Source of the DNA: an uncultured Bacilli bacterium
Lineage (GTDB): Bacteria > Bacillota_I > Bacilli_A > RF39 > UBA660
Length of the DNA stretch: 64,000 bases
NCBI GenBank assembly: GCA_934140575.1
Contig: CAKPBJ010000001.1
Location: forward strand, 196,905-260,904
Reading direction: 5' to 3'
Shown here piece after piece: positions 19,800 through 29,629 of the stretch (its first letter is position 1; each line of letters starts with the position of its first letter). The position numbers were made by a program, and so were the translations under genes. The notes below the pieces were generated by a model. That model worked only from the letters and a program-made list of their open reading frames with translations. It ran no database searches and had not been told where the DNA came from.

Positions 19800-20487
19800 T
19801 TGATGAATCCTTTAATTCGTTTAATATCTTATTTTTATATTTATCTGTATTTAGGTTATCTTTCTTTACTAATTCTAATTTTTTGTTATTTAAAATAACA
19901 ATTTCATCACAAAGGTCAGTTGCTAATTCTAAGATATGAGTTGAAAATATTATTATGTGATCTTTTTTTAATGATTTTAGTAGGTTTTTCATATCTTGTT
20001 GTACTACTATATCAAGGGATGTTAATGGTTCATCTAATAAGATTATTTTTGGATTTGTAATAATATTTATTAGTATTTGAATTTTGTTTTTCATACCTTG
20101 AGAATATTCTTTAAGTAGAATGTTTTGATCTTTTTTATTTATTTTTACAAGGTCAAAATATTCTTCAAGAGATTTTTTATCTTTTATTTTATCTTTATTA
20201 ATATCAATGTAAAATTTTAAAAATTCTTTTCCTGTTAGAAATTCTGGAACTATAGGAGTTGATGTTACATAACCTATATCTTTTGTATCTAATGGTTTAT
20301 TATCTAAATAAAATAATGCAGAGTCTACTTCTATATCACTATTAAGGGCATTGAAAAAGGTTGTTTTTCCAGCTCCATTCCTTCCTAGAAGACCATATAT
20401 TTTTCCTTCTTCAAATGTAAATTCTACATTTTCTAAGACTTTTTTTTCTCCATAACTTTTATTTAAATTTGTAATTTTTAACTCCAT
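19792..20487 (-). CDS. ABC transporter ATP-binding protein
   Basis: Walker A (GRNGAGKTT), the signature motif YSQGMKNK and Walker B (ILLDEP) are present. Confidence 0.8.
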   Translation of the reverse strand: MELKITNLNKSYGEKKVLENVEFTFEEGKIYGLLGRNGAGKTTFFNALNSDIEVDSALFYLDNKPLDTKDIGYVTSTPIVPEFLTGKEFLKFYIDINKDKIKDKKSLEEYFDLVKINKKDQNILLKEYSQGMKNKIQILINIITNPKIILLDEPLTSLDIVVQQDMKNLLKSLKKDHIIIFSTHILELATDLCDEIVILNNKKLELVKKDNLNTDKYKNKILNELKDSSND

Positions 20488-20499
20488 GTAACCACTTTC

Positions 20500-20757
20500 C
20501 TAATCTACTTCTTTTTTTAATAATTTAAATAAGTATTCTCTTACATTTTCATCCTGTTCTTCTTTTATTTCAGAACATAGTTTTATTAATTTTTCCTTTT
20601 TTTCATCATCTATATCTAAATAGTCTATTTTATCTTCAAATTCTTCTATTTCTTCTAATATAGATGGCTCATCATCATCATCACTTTCAATTATCATTGT
20701 TTTTAACATATTTGTTTGTTCTAACTCTTCTTTTAATCTTTCACTTCTACTACTCAT
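20500..20757 (-). CDS. small acidic hypothetical protein
   Basis: The ORF is 85 aa and Asp/Glu-rich. It overlaps the upstream gene by 8 nt. Confidence 0.35.
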   Translation of the reverse strand: MSSRSERLKEELEQTNMLKTMIIESDDDDEPSILEEIEEFEDKIDYLDIDDEKKEKLIKLCSEIKEEQDENVREYLFKLLKKEVD

Positions 20758-21604
20758 AAGCTTTCTCCATTCTTCTTTTCATAAGTTTTACAATACTATT
20801 ATATACTAAAATTACTATTAAACCAATAATGGTAATTATTAGACTACAATTTATAAGACTACCAATATTAAAATTAGTTAAGTTTGTATAATTTATTATG
20901 ATAGATTTTAATACATAACTCATAATTATTGTTTCTAAGCCACCTATTAATAAACTTAGACCAATATTATTAATTACTTTGTGTTTTGGATTTATTAATA
21001 TTGTGATTATTACTGAGTTTATTAGAAATAGAAGGCCTAGAAAAATTTTAAATTTCTTTGAAATTATAAATGAATATATTTTTAATACTTCTTTTTCTTG
21101 TTGAGTCATGTTGTTACTGGTGTTTCTTATTTTTTGTTTCACAAGTTTATTGAAGTCTCTTTCTTCTAGGTTTTCTTTTGTTTCATTTAACATTTCATCA
21201 GTTATCTCTACTCCACTTGATGTTTCTATAACATCTTTGTTTTCTTTTAAATAATTTATCACATCTTGTTCAAAATCTATATTTTCTAGTTCTTCTGGAT
21301 TATCAAGTGACTTAAGCGTTTTATCCATATAATCTTGAATTAATTCTTGAATAGCATCACTTTCTAAAATTTTATTTATTCTTTCGTCTGATGTTGTGAC
21401 TAAATCTTTTGAACTTGTTGCTGATTCATTAATTTGTATATTTGGTTCTTTATAGTTATTTGAGCTTATTGCACTTTTAAATGTTTCTTTTACCACACCA
21501 TCTACTATTACTTTTTGAAAATTAAAACCTACTATTAATGATACAACAATGTTAATATTTATAATAGTAAGAATAACTATTAATATTTTCTTTATTACTT
21601 TCAT
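20750..21604 (-). CDS. hypothetical membrane protein (N- and C-terminal TM segments)
   Basis: The ORF is 284 aa. A TM segment lies near residue 10 and two more lie near residue 180-260. Confidence 0.4.
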   Translation of the reverse strand: MKVIKKILIVILTIININIVVSLIVGFNFQKVIVDGVVKETFKSAISSNNYKEPNIQINESATSSKDLVTTSDERINKILESDAIQELIQDYMDKTLKSLDNPEELENIDFEQDVINYLKENKDVIETSSGVEITDEMLNETKENLEERDFNKLVKQKIRNTSNNMTQQEKEVLKIYSFIISKKFKIFLGLLFLINSVIITILINPKHKVINNIGLSLLIGGLETIIMSYVLKSIIINYTNLTNFNIGSLINCSLIITIIGLIVILVYNSIVKLMKRRMEKAYE

Positions 21605-21705
21605 AAAATCACCTGTTAGTGTTATTATACCACGTATGTTTACTATTATAAATTATAATAAGTAATTACATTTTACTATTAAGTAATCAATATAATTATA
21701 TTAAA

Positions 21706-21763
21706 AAAAGTCTCTTTTCGATGTAGACTATTATTTATTACATCGCTGTGAGACTTTTTTACT
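21706..21763. terminator. two-tier hairpin terminator (bidirectional)
   Basis: The outer stem aaaagtctc/gagactttt and the inner stem cgatgta/tacatcg are flanked by A- and T-runs. It lies downstream of clpB. Confidence 0.55.
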
Positions 21764-21776
21764 TGATTTTTTTATA

Positions 21777-23885
21777 TTATATTCTTTTTTTTACAATGAA
21801 TTTGTCATTAACATAGTTTACAATTATTGTATCATGTTCTTTGATACTACCTTCTATTAATAATTTAGAAAGATCTACTTCTATTGTTTTTCCTACTAAT
21901 CTTTTTAGTGGTCTTGCACCAAAGTTTATATCATATCCTTCATTTATAAATTCTTCTCGTGCTTTATCTGTTAATTCTATTTTAATACTTAAGTCTTTAA
22001 GTCTAAATTCTATTTCTCTAATTATTTTATCTAATATTTTATTAATTGCTTCTTTTGTTAAGGCATTAAATACTACTATTTCATCAATACGATTTATAAA
22101 TTCTGGTCTAAAGTAACTTCTGATTTCATCCATTACTTTACTTTTATCATTTTCAAGGACATGTTCACTTCCTAAGTTAGATGTCATTATAATTATTGTA
22201 TTTTTAAAATCTACTGTACGACCATTTGAATCTGTTACTCTACCATCGTCTAGGATTTGAAGTAATAAGTTTAATACTTCTGGGTGAGCTTTTTCAATTT
22301 CATCAAATAATACTATACTATATGGGTTTCTTCTTACTGCTTCTGTTAGTTGTCCACCCTCTTCATATCCTACATATCCTGGAGGAGAACCAATAAGTCT
22401 TGAAACACTAAACTTTTCCATATATTCAGACATATCAATTCTAACCATATGTTTTTCATCATCAAATAATTCATAGGCAAGAGTTCTTGCAACTTCTGTT
22501 TTACCTACTCCAGTTGGTCCTAGGAACATGAATGATGCAATTGGTTTATTTGGATCTTTTATTCCACTACGTGATTTTAATATAGCATCACTTACTACAC
22601 GTAATGCTTCGTCTTGACCCATAACACGTTTTTTCATATCATCTTCTAAGTGAAGCAATTTTTCTTTTTCACTTTCTAATAATTTTGTTACTGGAATATT
22701 TGTCCATTTAGCAATTATTTTACAAATGTCATTATCTGTTACTGTATCACTTAAAAGTTTATTTTTTTCTCTATTGTTTAGTTCGGCAATTTCTTTTTCA
22801 ACTCTTGGTATTTCACCATGACGTAGGATTGCGGCACGCTCTAAATCATATTTATTTTCTGCTTTTTCTAGTTCAAACTTTAAACTTTCTAACTCTTTTT
22901 TCTTTTTCTTTATATCTTCATTTAAGCTCTTTTCTTTATTCCAAGCTTCAGTTAAGTCTTTTTCTTTCGATTTCATAGATGTTAGTTCTCTATCAATATC
23001 TTCTTTTCTTTTCATAGACATTTCATCTTTTTCTTTTTTAAGAGCTTGCTTTTCTATTTCTAGACGCATAATTCTATGAGTTAGACTGTCTAATTCGAAT
23101 GGTACTGAATCCATTTGTACTCTAATTGTTGCGCAAGCTTCATCTATTAAATCTATTGCTTTATCAGGTAGGAATCTATCTGTTATATAACGATTTGATA
23201 GAGTTGCTGCTGCAATAATTGCTTTATCTTGGATTGTTACACCATGATGTATTTCAAATCTTTCTTTTAATCCTCTTAAGATTGTAATGGTGTCTTCAAC
23301 ATTTGGCTCGTGTACTGTGATTTTTTGGAAACGTCTTTCCAATGCTCCATCTTTTTCTATGTATTTTCTATATTCGTTTAGGGTTGTCGCTCCTATTACA
23401 TGGATTTCACCTCTAGCTAACATTGGCTTTAGGATGTTTGATGTATCCATTGAACCTTCTGAAGAACCAGTTCCTACTATCATATGAATTTCATCAATAA
23501 ACATGATAATACGTCCTTCACTTTTCTTAACTTCGTTTAAGACATTTTTTAGACGTTCTTCAAACTCTCCACGATATTTTGCACCGGCAACAAGAGAGGC
23601 CATATCCAATTCCCATATTGTTTTATCTTTTAAACTGCTTGGGACATCTCCTTTTAAAATTCTTAGTGCAAGTCCTTCAACTATTGCGGTTTTACCAACA
23701 CCAGGTTCTCCGATTAGAACCGGATTGTTCTTTGTTTTCCTTGATAATATTCGGGTAATACTTCGTATTTCTTCATCTCTACCAATTACTGGATCTATTT
23801 TTCCGGCTTTGGCGTCTTCTACTATGTCACGACCATATTTTTCTAAAACATTTTCATTGTTTTCTTCATTTGGATAACCATACAT
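21777..23885 (-). CDS. clpB: ClpB-type AAA+ disaggregase lacking the N-terminal domain
   Basis: Two NBDs ([15 protein letters not shown] and [15 protein letters not shown]) flank a long coiled-coil middle domain. The protein begins about 8 residues before the NBD1 linker. The RBS GAGGTGA lies 5 nt before the ATG at 23885. Confidence 0.85.
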   Translation of the reverse strand: MYGYPNEENNENVLEKYGRDIVEDAKAGKIDPVIGRDEEIRSITRILSRKTKNNPVLIGEPGVGKTAIVEGLALRILKGDVPSSLKDKTIWELDMASLVAGAKYRGEFEERLKNVLNEVKKSEGRIIMFIDEIHMIVGTGSSEGSMDTSNILKPMLARGEIHVIGATTLNEYRKYIEKDGALERRFQKITVHEPNVEDTITILRGLKERFEIHHGVTIQDKAIIAAATLSNRYITDRFLPDKAIDLIDEACATIRVQMDSVPFELDSLTHRIMRLEIEKQALKKEKDEMSMKRKEDIDRELTSMKSKEKDLTEAWNKEKSLNEDIKKKKKELESLKFELEKAENKYDLERAAILRHGEIPRVEKEIAELNNREKNKLLSDTVTDNDICKIIAKWTNIPVTKLLESEKEKLLHLEDDMKKRVMGQDEALRVVSDAILKSRSGIKDPNKPIASFMFLGPTGVGKTEVARTLAYELFDDEKHMVRIDMSEYMEKFSVSRLIGSPPGYVGYEEGGQLTEAVRRNPYSIVLFDEIEKAHPEVLNLLLQILDDGRVTDSNGRTVDFKNTIIIMTSNLGSEHVLENDKSKVMDEIRSYFRPEFINRIDEIVVFNALTKEAINKILDKIIREIEFRLKDLSIKIELTDKAREEFINEGYDINFGARPLKRLVGKTIEVDLSKLLIEGSIKEHDTIIVNYVNDKFIVKKRI

Positions 23886-23919
23886 ATTCATCACCTCTGA
23901 TATTAATTATACTATTATT

Positions 23920-23946
23920 TTAGCACTTGTCAAGTGTGAGTGCTAA
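23920..23946. promoter_or_regulatory. CIRCE element (HrcA operator) upstream of clpB
   Basis: The sequence TTAGCACTT-GTCAAGTGT-GAGTGCTAA compares with the consensus TTAGCACTC-N9-GAGTGCTAA. It lies about 35 nt upstream of the clpB start. Confidence 0.75.
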
Positions 23947-23981
23947 TTATTTTTTAAAGTAAAAAGACGAGTTTATTCGTC

Positions 23982-25574
23982 TTACTTTTTGGTCTTTATA
24001 AGTTCTTTTAGTGTCTCGTTTGAGTAAGTTTTTTCATTGTTTTCTAGTACTTTTCTAACCTTACTTTGCCAATCACCATTGTGTACAATTCTTTCCACTC
24101 TTTCATCATTCATTAATACTTTTTTCGTAAAATGACTTAATCTATAGAAGTCTCCTATATCAAGAATGTATATAGCATCTCCAGTTGACACTTGATTATT
24201 TGCAGTGTTCTTATAAAATTTTTCTAATATTACTTTACCGTTTGGATAGATATAACCTACATAACCATCAAATGTTTCTTTTCCTTTTACTCTAAACATT
24301 GGATTTGTTGTTGAGAAAAATTCTTTCTTTTCCATATATAGCTCAAGAAGTTTTTCTCTTTTGATTTGTTTTTCTTCATCACTTAGATCTTTTGTATTTT
24401 CTCTTATACCTCTTGCAATACCATCGTCTAATTCTTCTTCTGGAAGTATTTCCCAATTAACGCTTATTTCATTTAAATATTTGATTACTATGTTTTCAAC
24501 TTCTTCTAAATTCATACCTTGAAAATTAAATTTAGAAAAATCTATCATTTTAAGATTTGGATTTTCAACCATCATTTTTCTAAACTTTTGGTAAATAATG
24601 TTAGGAGTTACAATTACTCCGGCTGTTTTTTTATAATCAGGTACATTTTCATTATTAACACTACCCACTACTATCTCTGGTGTTGTTGATGTTTTTCTTG
24701 ATTTATTTTCTCTAAAATAATTGCTTATATAATAGATATACCTTTGTTTACTATCTGTATCAGATAACATTTCGGCATTAATCATAAATTGATTAACTAT
24801 ATATAGTTCTAGACTTTCTTCGTCAATTACTAAATCATTTATATCTATGCTATGTGTAAACATATAATTTAATATATCAGGAGCAAATTCGATTAGTTTT
24901 CTAAAGCTAGTTACTAATCCTTTACAATAATTAGATATATTAAACTCTCTTGCATTTTTAAATAATTCATCAGCAGTTATATCTAGTCCCTTTTCCTTGT
25001 ATATTGATTCAAGTCTTCTTTTCATAATAAGTCTTACTTGAGGACTTAGGCTTTTATTATTAATCTTCTTTTCTGTTCCTAATAAATTCTCATTATATTC
25101 CTTTTCTACTTTATAATTTTTATATAAAAATGGAAAGTTTTTATGAAGTTTAGATTCATTTGTAATTAATGATAATTTTTTTATTCGCTTTTCAAATTCT
25201 GGTGTTAATATTTTTAATGCATTTGATAACTCTAACGATATTGCATCAAGAGATACTGATGGATCATTTAATATGTTGTAGGCATTTAGATTATAAATAA
25301 GTGAACTATAAAAGCCTGATGGTGAAAAAAATAATTTTTTTTCTAGAGTTTGATCATCTGAATATACTCCCATAGTTTTGAAGAACTCTATTCTTCCAAC
25401 ATCTGTAATTGTATTTAAATATTCAAGATATTCATCAAAAGACTTTTCAACTCCTAAGTCTAAGATATCTTTATTCCCAGTTAGTTTTAATAAATCATTA
25501 TATAAAATGTTTATTGGAGTCGATATTGGAATTCCTTTATTTATAATTTTACTTATTTCTGACATATCTGACAT
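23982..25574 (-). CDS. hypothetical cytoplasmic protein
   Basis: The ORF is 530 aa with no recognisable motif. Confidence 0.45.
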   Translation of the reverse strand: MSDMSEISKIINKGIPISTPINILYNDLLKLTGNKDILDLGVEKSFDEYLEYLNTITDVGRIEFFKTMGVYSDDQTLEKKLFFSPSGFYSSLIYNLNAYNILNDPSVSLDAISLELSNALKILTPEFEKRIKKLSLITNESKLHKNFPFLYKNYKVEKEYNENLLGTEKKINNKSLSPQVRLIMKRRLESIYKEKGLDITADELFKNAREFNISNYCKGLVTSFRKLIEFAPDILNYMFTHSIDINDLVIDEESLELYIVNQFMINAEMLSDTDSKQRYIYYISNYFRENKSRKTSTTPEIVVGSVNNENVPDYKKTAGVIVTPNIIYQKFRKMMVENPNLKMIDFSKFNFQGMNLEEVENIVIKYLNEISVNWEILPEEELDDGIARGIRENTKDLSDEEKQIKREKLLELYMEKKEFFSTTNPMFRVKGKETFDGYVGYIYPNGKVILEKFYKNTANNQVSTGDAIYILDIGDFYRLSHFTKKVLMNDERVERIVHNGDWQSKVRKVLENNEKTYSNETLKELIKTKK

Positions 25575-25787
25575 ATATTAATCCCCTTCTTTGCAATTGG
25601 TTATTATACAATAGTATAGAGTAAAAAGCAAGATTAGATTTGTTAGTTTGGTCGCTTTCATAGTAAATTTCTACTCCACAAATAGATTAGCCTCTATTCT
25701 TCATAGGTTTAAATTTAAATGTTTATTTATGATATTCATTATATTTTTTTCATTTTATTTATATAAATAAAAAAAGTAAGAAATATT

Positions 25788-26162
25788 CTATTTACTCTTA
25801 CTTCTTAATAATATTTTATTTTTTAAGCGTTCTATATCTTCACCAAAATACATGATTGATGAATTATCATTTTCATAGCAAATAAATTCTTCACTTTCAT
25901 TTAGTTTTTCTTCTAATGAATTATCTGATTTAGTTATTTTATCTGTTATTTTTTTTAAATATTCATCGTCACATTTTTCTAATATTTTTGGTTTTTTTGA
26001 TGTGTTATTAAACCTTCTACTTTTATATATTTTTGTATTTCCTATATAGTAAGTATTCTTCCAACTATACCTAAATGAATTTTCATCATCTTTTTTATGT
26101 ACCACTGTTGTTTCTGGTATATCATAAATTCTTAAATTAACTACTTTGCGCAGCCCTATCAT
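25788..26162 (-). CDS. hypothetical protein
   Basis: The ORF is 124 aa. Confidence 0.35.
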   Translation of the reverse strand: MIGLRKVVNLRIYDIPETTVVHKKDDENSFRYSWKNTYYIGNTKIYKSRRFNNTSKKPKILEKCDDEYLKKITDKITKSDNSLEEKLNESEEFICYENDNSSIMYFGEDIERLKNKILLRSKSK

Positions 26163-26300
26163 ATAATATATTTCATCTCCTATAGAGAATATTATATGAT
26201 TTTTTTTATAGATTGCAAGTGTTTACTACTTTTTTCTTAATCTTATTTTTTCAAATTATTTTGGTTATCATATTTTTTTTACATATCATTTAGACTTTTA

Positions 26301-26909
26301 TTAATCATAATTTATTACTTTTAATAACTTCCATTTACTTGTCCATTTATCTACTTTGTGATCATACATTTCTTTTGGGAAATCTATTTTTACTGGACGA
26401 AGTGTTAAATTAAATAAATCATTTAATCCATAAGGAGTGCATACAATTAATTTGTTATTTGCAGTTCTTACACCAAGACATGTAATTGTTGTTCCCCATC
26501 TACTTATTGCTTCTTCTACTGATAAATAATCTTTTCTGTTAGTGTTATATTTTTGATTATACCATATTGGCACTCTTTTTTCATTTTTTATATCAAATGA
26601 TAAATTTAGATCTTTTAATTTTAATTCTAAATCTTTAATTATTTTATCTTCTTTTTCATATGACGTATCCTCATCATAATAGACTATATCATAATCTTCT
26701 ATCCCATAATTTAAATCATAATTATGATAGTAATTAAAAACTGTTTGGTTTATGCAGCCGGCTGATAAATAGTAATTTTTAAAGTCTTTATTTTCTTTAC
26801 TATATTCTTCTAGTATTTTTAAAATAGTCATTATGTTTTTACTCTTTTTTAGGATTTGTTCTAAGATATTGATTTGTTCATTAATACTTTTATCTTTACC
26901 AATTAACAT
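26301..26909 (-). CDS. Pol-beta-superfamily nucleotidyltransferase-like protein
   Basis: A GS...DxD-type motif is present: SAGCINQTVFNYYHNYDLNYGIEDYDIV. The protein is 202 aa. Its start overlaps the stop of the upstream gene in the sequence ATGA. Confidence 0.5.
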   Translation of the reverse strand: MLIGKDKSINEQINILEQILKKSKNIMTILKILEEYSKENKDFKNYYLSAGCINQTVFNYYHNYDLNYGIEDYDIVYYDEDTSYEKEDKIIKDLELKLKDLNLSFDIKNEKRVPIWYNQKYNTNRKDYLSVEEAISRWGTTITCLGVRTANNKLIVCTPYGLNDLFNLTLRPVKIDFPKEMYDHKVDKWTSKWKLLKVINYD

Positions 26910-27520
26910 TATTTTGTATACTCCTCATATAGTTTCTTTAGTCTTTTTTTCTTTAATACTGGTTTTATCCCTTCTATACTAACATCTGTATATACTCTTT
27001 CAAGTAATTTTTTTAGTCTTGGATCCATTTTGGCACCATCTTTTACTCTATTCCAATAAGATAATTGGTATTCTTTAGTCCAGTTCTTTTTTTGATAAGT
27101 CATTCCTGCTGATAAAGAGTCACAAATCATTTCTAAAACATATTTAAATGGTATTAATGGAGTTGGGTTTGGTGCTCCATAATCATACCAGTACTCGTAA
27201 TGATGTTTATTGTGATTAATGTGATGAATCCAAGCTAGACTATAACCAACTTCTTTTTTGCAGTTCATTATTGGACTATATGTTCCTTGAAAATATTTAA
27301 CTCCTTCAAAAAATTCTACTGGTGTATATTTAGATAAATCATGAAGCATACCTTGTATCGGTATTCCTACTCTACAACATAAACAAAACACCTTAAATCT
27401 ATGTGTATTTACCGTATGTAAATGACCAAAAAAATTTTTAATTGACATTTTATATTCTCTTTCTTCTTTATTACTCATTTTATACTCACCATATATATTA
27501 TACAAAAAATAAGAGCCCAT
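26909..27520 (-). CDS. hypothetical His-rich protein, possible HD-type metal-dependent hydrolase
   Basis: The pattern H..H...HDLSKY...WIHHINHNKHH is present. The protein is 203 aa. Confidence 0.4.
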   Translation of the reverse strand: MGSYFLYNIYGEYKMSNKEEREYKMSIKNFFGHLHTVNTHRFKVFCLCCRVGIPIQGMLHDLSKYTPVEFFEGVKYFQGTYSPIMNCKKEVGYSLAWIHHINHNKHHYEYWYDYGAPNPTPLIPFKYVLEMICDSLSAGMTYQKKNWTKEYQLSYWNRVKDGAKMDPRLKKLLERVYTDVSIEGIKPVLKKKRLKKLYEEYTK

Positions 27521-27779
27521 TTCTAGACTCTTTACATATCTATATTATTATTTACAATAGATATTAAAACTAATAAAAGTGTTTTTTATAATCAGTTAAT
27601 TTATATAATAAGTTTGTAGGTATATAGTTTTTATTAGTATGAATTTTTTTGTTTTATCAATATCTAATACTATGTAGCCTATAATATAGATATTTATCAT
27701 TTAAAATATAATTGTTTTTTTTACTTTTTTCAATTATTTATTAATTTTATAATACTATAATAAATTATGTTTCTTTGGC

Positions 27780-28448
27780 TTATTGAAAAAAATAATTATT
27801 GTTGTCTGAGTGTAATTGTTTTAGAATGTAGTCATTGTTGTTGTAGATATAGTTTGTTTTTTCGGGTTGTTTATTGAATGAGTTGTTTCCATTTTTTAAT
27901 TTTTTTTCATAGTATTCAAATAATTCTTTAAATCTGTCATAGTGAACAATTTCTCTTTGTCTTAACCATAGAAGCGGTCCTATAACATTTTGATCATCTG
28001 TTAAGTCTATTAAGTTTTCATATACTGCTCTTGCTTTTTGTTCGGCAGCCATATCTTCTGACAAATCAGCTAATGGGTCACCTGTTGTTGCAAAGTAAGT
28101 TGTTGTAAATGGAACTCCTGCAGCATCTGTTGGAAATAAAGCTTTTGCGTGTTCGGCATAGTGCGTATCAAGGCCCGCTTCTTTAAGCTCCTCTAATGTG
28201 GCATCTTTCATAAGTTGATATATCATTGTTTCAAGCATCTCAACATGTCCTAACTCTTCTGTACCAATATCTGTAAGTAAAGCTTTACCTTTATCGTCAG
28301 GCATAGTAAATCTTTGATTTAAATAGCGAAGTGCTGCTCCTAATTCACCATTAGCCCCGCCATATTGAGTAACTAAAAACTTTGCCATTCTTAAATCTTT
28401 TTTTGTAATATTTATTGGATATTGTAATCTTTTATTATATTTAAACAT
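27780..28448 (-). CDS. cotJC: spore coat protein CotJC / manganese catalase family
   Basis: The segment LQYPINITKKDLRMAKFLVTQYGGANGELGAALRYLNQRFTMPD...DIGTEELGHVEMLETMIYQL closely matches CotJC of B. subtilis. Confidence 0.85.
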   Translation of the reverse strand: MFKYNKRLQYPINITKKDLRMAKFLVTQYGGANGELGAALRYLNQRFTMPDDKGKALLTDIGTEELGHVEMLETMIYQLMKDATLEELKEAGLDTHYAEHAKALFPTDAAGVPFTTTYFATTGDPLADLSEDMAAEQKARAVYENLIDLTDDQNVIGPLLWLRQREIVHYDRFKELFEYYEKKLKNGNNSFNKQPEKTNYIYNNNDYILKQLHSDNNNYFFQ

Positions 28449-28869
28449 TATATCCCTCCCATGGCCAATTATTTACCCAGTTAAATTCTTTAGAACTTGT
28501 TATTCCAGATACAGATAGTGGTCCATATTTTCTTTCATATTGTTCTGTTAATACCTTGCACTTTTCTTCATAATCTTTAAAGAGTTGTAACAAGCTTGTA
28601 TCTTCTGGATGTATATCAAGATATAAGTTCAATTCATGAGCTGCGAATGCAACAGTACTTAATTCATATAAATCACGTTCTTGTTCTGTTTTTGGTCTTA
28701 ATGTTTGTGGGGTATAATTTTTATATTCACTATATATATTTGAAAATAAATTTCCTTTCATATACCCTTCTGTTGGACTATATAAATTTATGCTTGTAGA
28801 GACTGTTCTATTTGGATAATCTCTATATAAATTATTATATAATTCATTTAAATAATTATAGTTATTCAT
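28441..28869 (-). CDS. cotJB: spore coat protein CotJB, apparently fused to a CotJA-like N-terminal segment
   Basis: The C-terminal half ...AFAAHELNLYLDIHPEDTSLLQLF...YGPL...NWVNNWPWEGY is CotJB-like. An extra N-terminal stretch of about 60 aa is present. The gene overlaps cotJC by 8 nt. Confidence 0.65.
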   Translation of the reverse strand: MNNYNYLNELYNNLYRDYPNRTVSTSINLYSPTEGYMKGNLFSNIYSEYKNYTPQTLRPKTEQERDLYELSTVAFAAHELNLYLDIHPEDTSLLQLFKDYEEKCKVLTEQYERKYGPLSVSGITSSKEFNWVNNWPWEGYNV

Positions 28870-29327
28870 AATATCTCCCTTCTTTTTAATTTATGAAAGA
28901 TTTATGTCCCTGTTACTAAATTTAAATAATTACTATAAAAAATGCGTATTTTATATTGTAGTTAGTAATGATTCAACTAATTATAATATAGACAATGACT
29001 TTTTGATCAAACATACACTATAAAAAAATAATTATAGAATTAAATAATAAAATATGTGAAACATTTTTATAATAAGTAAATAAAAAAACTGATGGTATAT
29101 CTGAAACAAGTCCAAATAGTCCTATCAGTTCTACTGATTATAGTATAGTAATTTGAAAAAGAAAACAAAAAGTTAGGTAATAATTCTTTATTATTTTGAA
29201 AAAATATATAAATTATAACAACTTATTAATGAAAACAAATTAAATTATCGGAAAAAATAGAAAAAAGTACATTTTTTACTTGTCAAAGTGAGATTTTGTT
29301 GTTAAAATATTCTTGTACTTTGGAAAT

Positions 29328-29404
29328 GGCGCCATTGGTGAAGTGGTTAACACGCTAGTTTGTGGCACTAGTATGCAAGAGTTCGATTCTCTTATGACGC
29401 CCCA
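29328..29404 (+). tRNA. tRNA-His (anticodon GUG) with G-1
   Basis: The sequence reads g gcgccat tggtgaagtggttaacacg ctagt ttGTGgc actag ... aagagttcgattctctt atgacgc c cca. There is one acceptor-stem mismatch. Confidence 0.8.
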
Positions 29405-29414
29405 TTTTAGTATA

Positions 29415-29450
29415 TTAAAACTCATAAGTTTAGGCTTATGAGTTTTTTTG
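29415..29450 (+). terminator. rho-independent terminator after tRNA-His
   Basis: The hairpin actcataag-tttaggc-cttatgagt is followed by tttttttgttttt. Confidence 0.7.
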
Positions 29451-29504
29451 TTTTTATTTAATTTAATTAGAAGAGTTTTATTTAGTGAACTATTGTTGTC
29501 TATA

Positions 29505-29591
29505 GATAAAACTTGCTTACTTGAAACTGTTGGAAAATTTGCAGACGCTTTAGAAATAGACATTAGACAACTATTTGATGATTCTAATTAA
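29505..29591 (+). pseudogene. orphan C-terminal fragment of an XRE-family HTH regulator
   Basis: The 28-codon frame IKLAYLKLVGKFADALEIDIRQLFDDSN* resembles the last helices of Cro/C1-type HTH proteins. It has no start codon or upstream context. Confidence 0.3.
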
Positions 29592-29629
29592 ATTTATTTA
29601 TAAAAAAACATAAATTGTCATTATGTTTT

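Noticed and set aside
29276-29563. 95-aa ORF on the minus strand
   Set aside because: It overlaps tRNA-His and its terminator on the opposite strand. It has no RBS and is spurious.
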